Positions 1 through 11,401 of a stretch of DNA of 64,000 nt are shown in pieces. Both the position numbers and the translations under genes were made by a program. A model generated the notes under the pieces. That model was not told where the DNA came from. It made no database searches and was given only the letters and a program-made list of their open reading frames with translations. The stretch comes from Eledone cirrhosa (taxonomy: Eukaryota): NCBI GenBank assembly GCA_964016885.1, contig OZ024742.1, forward strand, positions 141,980,001 to 142,044,000, read 5' to 3'. Each line of letters begins with the position of its first letter. The first letter of the stretch is position 1.

Positions 1-656
1 GTTGAAGATCACGTGATTAGGCATTGAATTTTGTGGTAATTTCACGGGAGTGTCATGGTTTACTGAATATCAAAACAGTGGTAATTTGTGTTTATTGTGT
101 TCAGTAGTGTGAACACATGAAAAACAGATGTAAAAGGACACACACACACACACACATATTTATATATACCAGATGCGAGAAAAACCACAAACCCTCCATC
201 CCAATTCTACTTTTTAAAAAGCATAAGAACTGTGAAACCGGTAAAAGAAACAAATAAATATTCTTAAAAAGACTCCAATTGCATTTTCGATTTCTTTTCC
301 TGATATTTTCAGTCGTGTAGGACATCTCGTTTTTTTTATTTTTGCATCTAAAAAAAATCCTCATTTTCTTTCCTCAATTACCAACATGGATTCCGTGAGT
401 TAAGTTCGAAATTTCAAGTACTTTGTTAAAAACGTATTATGCGCAAGTTATTGGGTAGCCATTCTTCTCTGAGTATAAACATTTCTCGCTTTCGATTGTT
501 ATTCTCACCATCTACAAATCTAGGAGAGGAAGGGGTGAGGGGGTTATTGCAGAATGTCCGTGAGAAAATGCAGTTAAATATAAGGGATTTTTGGTATTGA
601 AAAGATTGACAACCACAGATATACATACAAACACACACACATACACACACACACAT

Positions 657-713
<57 letters not shown>

Positions 714-787
714 CTTACACACACACATATATATATATATATTCGTTTGTTTATTATGTGCTGTCTTGGAGCAAAGAATCTTTAATA

Positions 788-890
788 GAAATAATTGTTT
801 CTACTTTAGGCACAAGGCCAGCAATTACCCAGTGTATTACTGGTACTTTATTTTATCGACCCCGTAAGGATGAAAGGCAAAGTCAACCTT
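788..890 (-). mobile_element. SINE S1 3' half; an opposite-orientation 3' half lies at 1253-1340
   Basis: Match to the S1 body; the two halves form a ~90-bp inverted pair around (TA)n/(TG)n. Confidence 0.85.
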
Positions 891-908
891 TAATAGAAAT
901 AATACAAG

Positions 909-991
<83 letters not shown>

Positions 992-2131
992 GTGTGTGTG
1001 TGTGTATGCATGTGTATGGAGCGTATACAACCATATTTATGGATACTAAACACCCATTTCTATAATACATCTTTGTATAATCTTATCTCAATATAAATTC
1101 TATTTATATTTTTCTGTTTCCCCACATCTCTTTCTTTCTCTCTGTCCTATATATCTATGTGTGTGTATGTATGTGTGTGTGTGTGTATGTATACACCCCT
1201 ATGTATTTGTGTGCATCTATAAAATATGTTTATTTCATGTAATTACTGTTTATTGCCTTTCATCCTTACGGGGTCGATAAAATAAAGTACCAGTAATGTA
1301 GTGGGTAATTGCTGACCTTGTGCCTAAAGTAGAAACAATCATTATTTTCGTAAAGATTTCAAACAGTTAATGGACATTTTTTTAGGGGGAAAAAACGAGT
1401 TCTTTTATACATTAGCATGAAATGATATCAATATTATGTCTGGCAAGAAGATTGCATGAAGATAGTCAATAGTTATTTAGTAATAGCAATGAAGATCACA
1501 CCATCATAAACACACAATGACGTTCCAGGTGTAATGTGATAGAATCAGTGGTCTCATGGAATATATGATGTGTTATTTGTACAACTGGTTTGGAGAGGAG
1601 AAAAATAATGTTCCAACTTTCAATTTAACTGTAAATATCGCTTGAAACGATTCCTAGCAACCTTTCAATAGAAATATTACTAACTGTTAAATTCCTCTAT
1701 CAAAATATAAACAAATATAATAAAAAAACTAGTATTGAGATTTCGGAGCTGTAGTTGTTTGGCAAGTAACTTGATCTGAGACCATGGCTTGAAACTTAAG
1801 CCGTTACATTGTGGAAGAATCAATTTGGACATTTAAATCATACACAAATTCTTAAATTCACTTTACATTTATTATTTATTCCTTGCTGTCAAACCTTTTG
1901 CATTGTTTGTGACGTGGTCACTGGCATAGTTACGCAGCAACTGAATTAGAGACCAGGTCACAAACAATGCGCCGAGTATTTTGACTTCAAGAAATAATAA
2001 ATGTAAATTAAATTTAACAGTATTAAGTTTACTATTTAAATTGATTTTAATTTTCTATGTTAGAAATTCCTTAATTATTTCATATGTAACTTCATAATAA
2101 CTTTAACCATTATTGTAATTAAAAGTAATTA

Positions 2132-2750
2132 TTGATAGGTTTGGCGTTGAGTGGTGTGCGGCACAGTGCTGTGATGAATGAGACATTCGTCCTCTCAAAG
2201 AAGTTTGCGCAGTGCACTCTACATGTGACTGGAGTTACACTGAAGCAAGTGGAGAAGTTCAAGTATTTTGGGGCCGTCTTCACTAGTGATGGCAGTCAGG
2301 AGGCTGGATTAAGTGTACGAATTGCAGGAGCTTATGCAGTAATGCGCCAGATTCAGTATTTGGTCGTCAGAAGAAGTGGATGGGTCAACTCACTAGTTCA
2401 ATTTGGTATTTGTAACAACTCTTTCCCATGGTCATGAATCTTGAGTAATGACCGAAAGAATATGATCGCGAATACAAGCGGCCAAAATGGGGTTTCTCCG
2501 AATGGGTCTTTCGTGTAACGTTACTCAGTAGCGTGCGTAGCACGGTGATCAGGGAATCATTCAAGGTAGAGCCGCTAATTCTCCTAATTGAGAGATCATA
2601 ACTCCGATACTACAGACATGTGGTCAGAGTGTTTCAGGAAAGAATGGCTAGAGAGACTTTACGGGCAAAACCACCCGGCAGGGTCGAAGGGGTAGGCCCA
2701 TGCAAGATGGTTAGATATTCTCCGCGAGTTCAGCTGGCCTTGCTTGGGGA
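2132..2750 (+). mobile_element. Degenerate 3' fragment of an RTE-clade LINE (RT thumb/C-terminal region)
   Basis: LKQVEKFKYFGAVFTSDG...RIAGAYAVMRQ. Frameshifted continuation reads HES*VMTERI*SRIQAAKMGFLR, followed by GHV.R- and GRP..RW.D-like motifs. Confidence 0.75.
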
Positions 2751-3060
2751 TCAGGCGAGACGTTCCCAGAAAAGCTTCTAGGCTCCTAAATAAATCCGGC
2801 CGGCCGGCTCCAGTAGAGGTATCAGCAGCCACCAGTCTAAAGACACCACCTTCGCTATTGCTCACATCGAGGACCACAAACTTACCGTCCGAGAACGTCT
2901 TACCTCGAGATCCAGGCCTTTCCTTAACAGCACTGCTACCCGACCACCCAATACCGGCTGACTAAGAGATACGCAGATCTGATAGTCTTCGAATATGGGG
3001 ACTAGTGCGCATGTGTCGGAAATCCTGGTCTCGCTGACGGCAGTTATGCAACCTATTCTT
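2750..3060 (-). mobile_element. Old fragment of Tx1-like APE endonuclease domain
   Basis: Minus-strand peptides SETRIS...PIF and VVLDVSNSEGGVFRLVAADTSTGAGRPDLFRSLEAFLGTSR are homologous to 5829-6254. Confidence 0.85.
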
Positions 3061-3180
3061 AAGATAGCCATCTTAGCTGGTTGATCGAGAGAATAAGGTT
3101 TAATTACATGGCGTCCGACCCTCTACCGATACTGCCAATCCACCGCCCTAACAATAACAGTAATAATAATAATTATAATA

Positions 3181-4270
3181 ACTCGTTTTGAAAAGATGAT
3201 CATACTCCATTACAAAAGATGCACAAAGATACAGTAATGGACTACAAATTTCAGAAGTTCCATTTACTGCTGAAATGAAAAACACAGAAAAAGCAAAGCA
3301 GGTAAAAGTAACTGCAAAGAAAGAACTGCTACAGAAACTGGCTAAGAAATGGCAAGAAAAGCCTCTGTATGGAAAATACCCAGAACGAGCTAACAATCCT
3401 GATGTTGACAAAACTTTAACCCATCAGTGGTTGGCATCCTCTGGACTGAAATCGGAGACTGAAGGACTGATTATATCGGCACAAGATCAGTGTCTGCCAA
3501 CAAAAAATTACCAATCCAACATAATAAAAAATGGATGCAACCCATTATGCCGTGTATGTAAAAAAACAACCAGAGACCATTGATCATATAATTTCAATGT
3601 GCAGTCCTATAGTTCCAATCGAATACCTAAACAGGCATGACAGAGCTGGATAATGTTTAAACATGTTGACCTGCCCCATCAAAAGAATTGGTGGGAGCAT
3701 CAACCACCTCCCATACTTGAAAAGGATCACATCTCAATCGTGTGGAACATTAGCATCCAAACAGACCGAAAAATAGATGCAAATAGACCTGATATAATAC
3801 TGAAGGACTTTAAAAAGAGGGTATGTCTGCTAATTGATATGTCCGTTCTAATAGACAAGAATGTATCTATGAAAACATTTGAAAAATTGAGCAAGTATAA
3901 GGACCTGGAGATAGAAATTGGAAAAATGTGAAAATTGAGAACTAAAACAATACCAGTGGTTGTAGGCGCTCTAGGAATGATACCTAGGGGGTCTAATGAT
4001 TACTTATCGCAAATCCCAGGAATCCCGCGTATAGGAGAAATACAAAAGATAGTACTTATGGGAACTGCCCATATACTAAGGAAGATTCTGTCAATATAAG
4101 TACATCACAAGTCTAAACACCTAAAGATGCATGTGTGTGTATGTATGTTCTTTCTTGAACATGGCGGACCTTGTTGTCTCTTGAGGTCACTGGTTGTGAC
4201 TTGGTGATAACTCGTATGAACATAAAGCAAGATAAATGCAACTGTAATAATAATAATAATAATAATAATT
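3181..4270 (+). mobile_element. 5'-truncated copy of R4/Dong-like family A with (TAA)n tail
   Basis: Near-identical to 14270-15380. Has the CCHC knuckle, RHD and PD..D..K RLE motifs with stops and frameshifts. Flanked by TAA repeats on both sides. Confidence 0.93.
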
Positions 4271-4888
4271 ATTGTTATTGTTATTCCTTGAATCTCAGTC
4301 ATTGATGTTGGTTAACTGGAAAGTCCGTTGGATTGAATATCAAGCCACTACCTGCAGCCTCAGATATTCAGGACGTATCGGAGGGTTCTTGCTGTTCCAA
4401 GCAAGCATGCCTTTTGAAGCGTTCCAAAAAGCGTGAAGGGGCCGATTTTCTTTAACCATCCCTGGAAACCTTTGGAGATAGTCCCCAGTGCGCCTATGAC
4501 AATCGGGATCACTTTGACTTCATGGCAGTTCCAAATCCTTTTCACCTCCCACTTTAGGTCCTGGTATCGGTTAATTTTCTCCCTCTCCTTCTCTTGCACT
4601 CTCGTGTCGAACGGGCAGGCCACATCCACAATCAGGCACGATCTTTTTTCTTTGTCCACAACCACCAGGTCAGGTCTATTGTGTTCCAGTTTTTTGTCCG
4701 TCTGTATCCTAAAATCCCACAGCACCTTCACCTGACTGTTCTCCATCACCGCCTCTGGCCTATGCTCATACCATTTCTCAGAATGTGGTAGATTGTTTAC
4801 TTTGCACAGGTGCCAGTGGATCACCCTGCCCATTACATCGTGTCTCCAGCCCTTATAGTGGGTCTGGGCTAGGTGTTTACACTCGGAC
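4270..4888 (-). mobile_element. 5'-truncated copy of R4/Dong-like family B (RLE domain + 3' UTR)
   Basis: ORF 4360-4989(-) RHD...RPDLVVVD...IVDVACP...EKINRY is near-identical to 18385-18990. (TTA)n on both sides. Confidence 0.93.
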
Positions 4889-4890
4889 AA

Positions 4891-4924
<34 letters not shown>

Positions 4925-4927
<3 letters not shown>

Positions 4928-5130
4928 TGGCAGTATCGGTAGAGGGTCGGATGCCATGCTTTGCAGCAAAGAGTTACGGACCTTGCCATTCTGAGTTCAA
5001 ATCCCGCCGAGGTTAACTTTGCTTTTCATCCTTACGGGGTCGATAAAATAAAGTACCAGTAATACACTGAGATAATTGCTGGCCTTGTGCCAAAAGTAGA
5101 AACAATTATTATTATTATTATTATTATTAT
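4925..5130 (+). mobile_element. tRNA-derived SINE (family S1) with (ATT)n tail
   Basis: A-box-like TGGCAGTATCGG and B-box GAGTTCAAATCC. Body 'ttttcatccttacggggtcgataaaataaagtaccag...ggccttgtgccaaaagtagaaac' recurs more than 10 times in the window. Confidence 0.85.
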
Positions 5131-8100
5131 TTTGTTATATTTATGCATAGTTTATTTTATATTTTTATATCTTCATTGTTAAATTAGTCTTGCCATTGTG
5201 CACTTTTACTCGACCTTATTGTAATCCCCCCACTGTCTGTGTCTTTGTATTATACCCTACATGTCGGCCCTCCAAAAACAAAATACAGAGGGAAACAAAT
5301 AAAATATCAAACAAAAAAGTTAGGACAGCTATGCCACCATCCACACCAGCATCACCAACCCTATCACCACAAACATCAACACCATCACCATCATTAACCC
5401 CAACACCACCATCAGGAACACCACAAAAGTCACCAAAAAGCGAAACAGAAACAAACCCACAACAAACGCAAACAAAACAAAACAACCAAAACGATACACA
5501 CTACACAGCATTAAATTTGAACAACAACCAATTATTACACTACATCCAACACAACACCAGCATCACAGAAAAAAGACTACACAAGACCCCAAAAGTTCAC
5601 ACCACCTCCACGCATACAAATCACTCGCATCACACAGAAAACGTACACGTCACTAAAACAAAAAATCCCCCAAAGACATCGCAGACTTCCGACAAGCACT
5701 CTCTAGGAGGATTTATAAGGACATCCTTCTGGAGGAGGCCACAAGCAGTGAAAAGGATGGAGAAACCATCCTTCCTCTACGAGAAGTAAGGTAAATGGTC
5801 TTTCCCATCTTTTCCACTCCATTTCAACATGACCTCACTCAGAATAGGCAGCATAAATGCGCGTGGCTTGGGGTCGTCATGGAAGCAGGGCCACCTGTTC
5901 AACGACCTCAGGTCACTAAACATAGATGTATTAGCCATCAGCGAAACAAGAATCTCCGAAGCACGGGTCTTCGCACCGATCTTCGGCGGCTACGATGTGT
6001 TCGCATCTCCCAGCCGTCCTGGATCGGGGGGAGGAGTTGCTGTGCTTTTTTGGAGAGGTTTGGATCTCGCCATACGGGCCATCTTCCTGGACCCAGAAGG
6101 TAAGTTGGTGGTGCTGGACGTGACCAGCGGAGACGGGCAAGCTTTCAGGCTAGTGGCCGTCTATGCCCCGACAGGAGCAGGGCGGCCTGATTTCTTCGAG
6201 CGTCTGGAGACCTTTCTTGGAACGTCCCGCTCTTTAGTGTTAGTGGGCGACTAGAACGGGATCTTAGATGCACGCTGGGACTGTGTGGGATTAGCGGATA
6301 GGGGAGGAGGGTGCAAGAGCCTCACGAACCTGCTCAGGCGTTTTAAACTGTCTGACAGGTATCGATTGGATTTCCCGAATGTGCCAATGTGGACATGGAC
6401 AAACCGCATCGGGTCATCCAGATCATATCTAGATAGAGTATTTTGTAGGGAAACAGATAGGTCTAGCATAGGCTGTCCACAATTCAAGATAGTCAGCTAC
6501 ACGGACCACAAATTCGTGATCTGTGTGCTTGACTTAGATAGACTTCATAGACGGGGACCCGGCTACTGGAAGCTAAACGTGTCCTTACCAGCGCGCAAGG
6601 CCTACAGAGAGCGGATTAGCGAACTAATTAAGCGGGCGTTGACGGGGGCCATCGTCAACAACAAGTGGCGGTTTGCTCTGAAAAGAGCGATTAGAATAGA
6701 GTCCATTAGGTTTAGTAAGGCTTTAGCTATAGAGAAAAATAGAGCAGAGGGAGAACTAGTTAGAAAATTAGACGAGGCCCTTAGCAAAGGCATCGCGACC
6801 GACGTACTTGCGGCGAAATTGTCCCTTGACCAATTCTTCAATGCAAAGCACGAAGGCTGCGTTGTCAGAGCTAAGGTGCGTGCTCTCAGACACGAGGGGA
6901 CGAAAGCCGTTCAATGGGCCCGAGTGGCGGAGGCGCGTCGTGGCAACAAAGCCACGATCCGGTCTTTGGTGGACCACGACGGGCGCATTCTACTCGATCC
7001 CAGGCAAATGTGTGAATCTTTTCAGCTGTTCGGGGGCAGCGGCGGGCCGGATCGAGGGATGGACTTTAGTGTCTACCTCGACAGACTGCCGCGGCTCTCG
7101 GCCACTGAGGCGGAGTGTTGCGAAAAGCCGATAACAGCCGCTGAAGTACGGTTGGCAATGACTGGCTGCACAAGGGGTAAATCGCCTGGTTTGGATGGTC
7201 TGCACTATGAACTTTACGTACAGATGCCAGACTTATCGGAGGCCTCTTGGCGGAGGTCTACTGCAAGTGGCAACAAAACGGGAGAATTCCCAGCTCTGTG
7301 AGCCGAGGAGCGGTGGTGCTGCTGAGAAAGGATCCGAACAAGGGCGATAACATAGATAATTTCAGGCCCATAACTCTGCTAAACGCAGAGTTCAAGATTT
7401 TGGCCAAGGTGCTAGTAAAGAGGTTGGCGCTTGCCGTTGGTGTCTGGTGGGAGAGGCGCAGACATGCGCCATTCCCGACAGATCCATCCACGACAACCTC
7501 CACCTCATGCGATACATCGTGGAGAGGGTAGCTACGGAACCTGGCACGGGTGGGTCCTTGATCAATTTAGATCAGTCGAAAGCTTCCGATAGGGTCAACC
7601 ATCGTTACCTAGCGGCAGTCCTGAGGGCGGCTGGCTTTGGGCCCGTCTTCAGAGGCTGGATCGCTGCCATGCACAGCGACATCTGCTCTGTGGTGAGAGT
7701 GAACGGTCACCTTTCGGAACCGTTCAACATCATGCGCTCGGTCCGCCAAGGATGTCCCCTCTCGTACCTCTTGTACGTATTGACTCTCAAGCCATTACTG
7801 CACAAACTGGAGACGTTGAGGGGGATCCCGCTCGAACTAGGATGCTTAAGATCCGTGTCAGCATATGCGGACGATGTCACCGTAGTGGTGTTGAATGCCA
7901 AACACATCGAGGCGATCGGCACTACACTAAGAGAATACGAAGCGGTGACAGGAGCAATAATCAACCAGGAAAAGTCAGTGGGCCTGCAGCTCGGCACCTG
8001 GAGAGGCAGGTCCATGCCGTCCAACAGTATCATCGGGCGTTGGACGGACGGACCGGTTAAATTGCTAGGGGTCTGGTTCGGTCCAGACCTCCAGACGGAC

Positions 8101-9453
8101 AAAAACTGGGACGAGGAGACGAGCAGGGTGGCTTCTCTCACCCAGAAATGGGCGGAGAAGAAGCTATCCCTGAAAGGTCGAGCGGAGGTGGCTAACGCGT
8201 ACATCGCGTCCGTCATCTACTACCGCCTGACCGTCGTATCTTGTCCTAAGCCCCGCCTGACTGCACTGGAGCGTTTGCTCTTTCGCTTTTTGTGGAAGGG
8301 ACGCGCTCCGATGGTCAGGCGGTCCATCTGCTGTCAACACCCGCTACGTAGAGGGCTGGGCATGTCGTGGCTGATGATGCGCAGACACGCGCTCAGGCTA
8401 CGTCATCTCCACCTCTTCCTCGACGGTGATTAGGTGTGGTCACCGTTTGCTAGACGCGTCTTTCCCCAGCTTGTCTCCTTGACGGAGCTGCAGTCCTGGG
8501 TCAAGCGAAGACCGAGAGGGAGCGCTTGGAGACTGGAATGTCTTCAGGCGCTCACAGCCCTCGACCAATCGGGCAACGTCATCGGTGGAAACTCCGCCTT
8601 GGCATTATATAGAGGATTAGTGGAGGGGAAGAGCGACGACGTACTTGGGGAAACTCTAGGCGTCGACGAAAATCAACTAGCCAATCTCTTCGGAAGAACT
8701 TTCGGGCCGGGGCCTATGGACAACTTCCAGAAATCCCTGGCCTGGCAGTGCTACCGAGGAGCTTTGCCAGTTCGGGATAAACTCTACAGGCATGGAGGTG
8801 CCGTCAGCCGGGCATGTCCGAGATATGTGTAGGGCGACGAAACCGTCCTGCACGCACTCGTCCAGTGTCCGAGCATTGCTGACTTGTGGGTTTATGTCGA
8901 ACACCTGCTGTCGCGTGTAGGACGGATCCAGCTATCAACTGAGTCCATCGTGAGGACGCCCCGCCCTCTCCCTTTACCCGAGAAGGGCAGGCAGTTTTTA
9001 TCTGCTTGGTGGCCATGGCGAAAGAGATAGTATGGTGTACACGTTTGAAAGGGCTGAAGACGAGCACTTACCTCTTCGGTGATGCCCTGATTAACTTTTT
9101 CAAATTTCATTTGAAAAGGAAAATCAGGGTAGAAAGGGAAGTGCTCTCTTCCCAGCGTTTGTTGATGATGGTTGAAGATGGGTGAGAGAGGCAAGAATGG
9201 CCCTACTCTGAGTATGTGTCTGTAAATTAAAGGTGAAAAACTAGGAGAGGGCACTTGCCCTGGTGGTCAGGGTCACTGTGGCATTTTAATGGGCTTTCTC
9301 CACGAATGTCCCCCGTATAGGGGAATTTTTCATTGTTATTTTTTGTTACATCCTCTGTTTTTTGTTTTTTACACGCAGAAATGCCCATTTGTACCGTCCT
9401 GTACTGTCCTTAATGTCTACTTTATGTAAACCCTTGTGGTTAATAAAGAAAAC
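5131..9453 (+). mobile_element. Tx1-like (L1 group) non-LTR retrotransposon, 5'-truncated, inactivated
   Basis: Low-complexity ORF1-like tail 5330-5789, then ORF2 5829-~9225, a T-rich 3' UTR and AATAAA at 9442-9447. (TTA)n on both flanks. Confidence 0.88.
5829..9225 (+). pseudogene. Tx1-like ORF2 (APE endonuclease + RT + C-terminal zinc knuckle), disrupted
   Basis: APE motifs SINARGL, SETR, VYAP, GD*NG, YLDRVF, TDH. RT motifs KSPGLDGL, FRPITLLN, QGCPLS, AYADDV. Knuckle CPR...ETVLHALVQC. Stops at 6252, 8431, 8830 and several frameshifts. Confidence 0.92.
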
Positions 9454-9826
9454 ATTATTATTATTATTATTATTCTTTGAGTCTCAGTCATTGATGTTAG
9501 TTAACTGGAAAGTTTGTTGAAATGAATATCAAGCCACTACCTGCAACCTCAGATATTCAGGACGTATCGGAGGGTTCTTGCTGTTCCCAGCAAGCATGCC
9601 TTTTGAAGCGTTCCAAAAAGCGTGAAGGGGCCAATTTTCTTTAACCATCCCTGGAAACCTTTTGAGATAGTCCCTAGTGCGCCTATGACAATCAGGATCA
9701 CTTTGACTTCATGGCAGTTCCAAATCCTTTTTACCTCCCACTTTAAGTGCTGGTATCGGTTAATTTTCTCCCTCTCCTTCTCTTGCACTCTCGTGTCGAA
9801 TGGGCAGGCCACATCCACAATCAGGC
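9454..9826 (-). mobile_element. Short 5'-truncated copy of R4/Dong-like family B
   Basis: Near-identical to 18635-18990; bounded by (TTA)n arrays. Confidence 0.92.
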
Positions 9827-9887
<61 letters not shown>

Positions 9888-9904
9888 TTTATTGTTGTTG
9901 TTGT

Positions 9905-10932
9905 TAATGATGCTTTTCTGTTGTCGAGATACGGAAGGGTGAGTTAGTTCAGAAGTGTTGAGTTTAAGAAGTGTTTTTCTATTAAGTGTACTACAATCAA
10001 TAGTTGGTTAATGCATTCATTCTTAAAAAGAAATAAAATGAAATAAAACAGTATATAATTTTCTCTCTCTTGATGCAGAAAATGTAAGCAAGAAGCTTAT
10101 CAGTCAACCATTTTATAACAAATCGACATATTAAATCGTATCCATATTAACAGGGATTATAATGTTGTGAGGTTATAATTATATCTAACATGCAAACATT
10201 ATTGATAAAAATTGTTGATTTTCATATTAAATTCTGGGAGGTGTGCACCTAAATAAGTAAAATCAATTGGAGTGAAAGATACTTGAGCAATGGCGTTACA
10301 GCTAACGTTTTATGCCGTTTCTCATGCTTGCACGAGTTGAACGAAGTTAGAAGCTTATCCTGGTTACATGTGCACTATTCTGTCGTAGGGTAACCTCGAT
10401 GTACCGCTGGTACTCATGTTCAGCTGAAGGAACTGGAATAACGTGAAATGAAATGTCTTACTCAAGGACACAACGTGTCAGTTGGTAGGGGGATTGTGCC
10501 CACCACAATCTGAAGCCCAACACTCTAACCACTAGGTTACGCACTTTCTCATATTGATCTGGTGAATAGTTATTTAGTACTATAATCCATTATATGTTTT
10601 CATTCCATAACTTCACTTTATAATGATGTTATCTCACGTCACATAAAACTCGATCCATAGGGGAGCGTCTAGCTTTTAGATAAAGGCTTCAATTACTTCT
10701 CCCTCTGAGTGAAATTGGTTAGACTGTACCTATAATTCAAATGTGACGCTAAATTTCTCCGGGAATTAGTGTTAGGGTACACCTGGTTGCGGAATACTCA
10801 GCCACTAACCTGTTAATTTATTGAGTAGGCTGTTTCGTTGATTGTAGTACACTTAATAGAAAAACACTTCTTAAACTCAACACTTCTGAACTAACCCACC
10901 CTTCCGTTTTTCTACAACAGAAAAACATTATT

Positions 10933-10935
<3 letters not shown>
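9905..10935. repeat. Inverted repeat, ~95-bp arms (9905-10000 / 10838-10935), extended outward by mirror (TTA)(TTG) / (CAA)(TAA) microsatellites
   Basis: 'gaagggtgagttagttcagaagtgttgagtttaagaagtgtttttctattaagtgtactacaatcaa' is the reverse complement of 10838-10905, with about 1 mismatch. Confidence 0.9.
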
Positions 10936-10965
<30 letters not shown>

Positions 10966-11401
10966 AATAATAATAATAATAATCCCATCGCCGCCGCCAC
11001 CACTCCTTCATTGCTACCACCACTATTCCCCTGTTAACTTGAGAGAGAAAGGGGAAGGTGGCGGTATCACTAGACAAGGGAGAGGCTAGCAAAAGATATA
11101 AATAGATTGACTTAGTGACCTGGCCACCGGCCAAACGTCAACATCAACAACTATGGGACTGCTGGCTCACCCCTTCCTCACCAACAATATAAAAAGCCCC
11201 GGCACCACCACCGACATAGCCAACAACAATAAGAGCCAACTACAGCAAAAAGTATATTATATTATTGTAATGCACTGGGTGATTGCTGGCCTTGTGCCTG
11301 GAGTGGAGACAATTACTAATAATTTCATTCTTAAGCCACGCAATGCTCACATTAAGGAACCACTCATGATAATAACAATTTAAAAAAAACAACAAAAAGA
11401 A

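Noticed and set aside
1-600. Possible first exon/promoter of the receptor gene (ATG at 55 and 386, gtgagt at ~395)
   Set aside because: No signal-peptide-like ORF ending in the required phase 2 could be identified.
426-1096. ORFs rich in YI/CV/HT repeats here and throughout (e.g. 22686-22975, 29795-30207, 44608-45012, 52903-53572)
   Set aside because: Translations of (TA)n, (TG)n and (CA)n microsatellites; no coding evidence.
4925-5010. A/B boxes suggesting a tRNA gene
   Set aside because: No cloverleaf; part of a multi-copy SINE.
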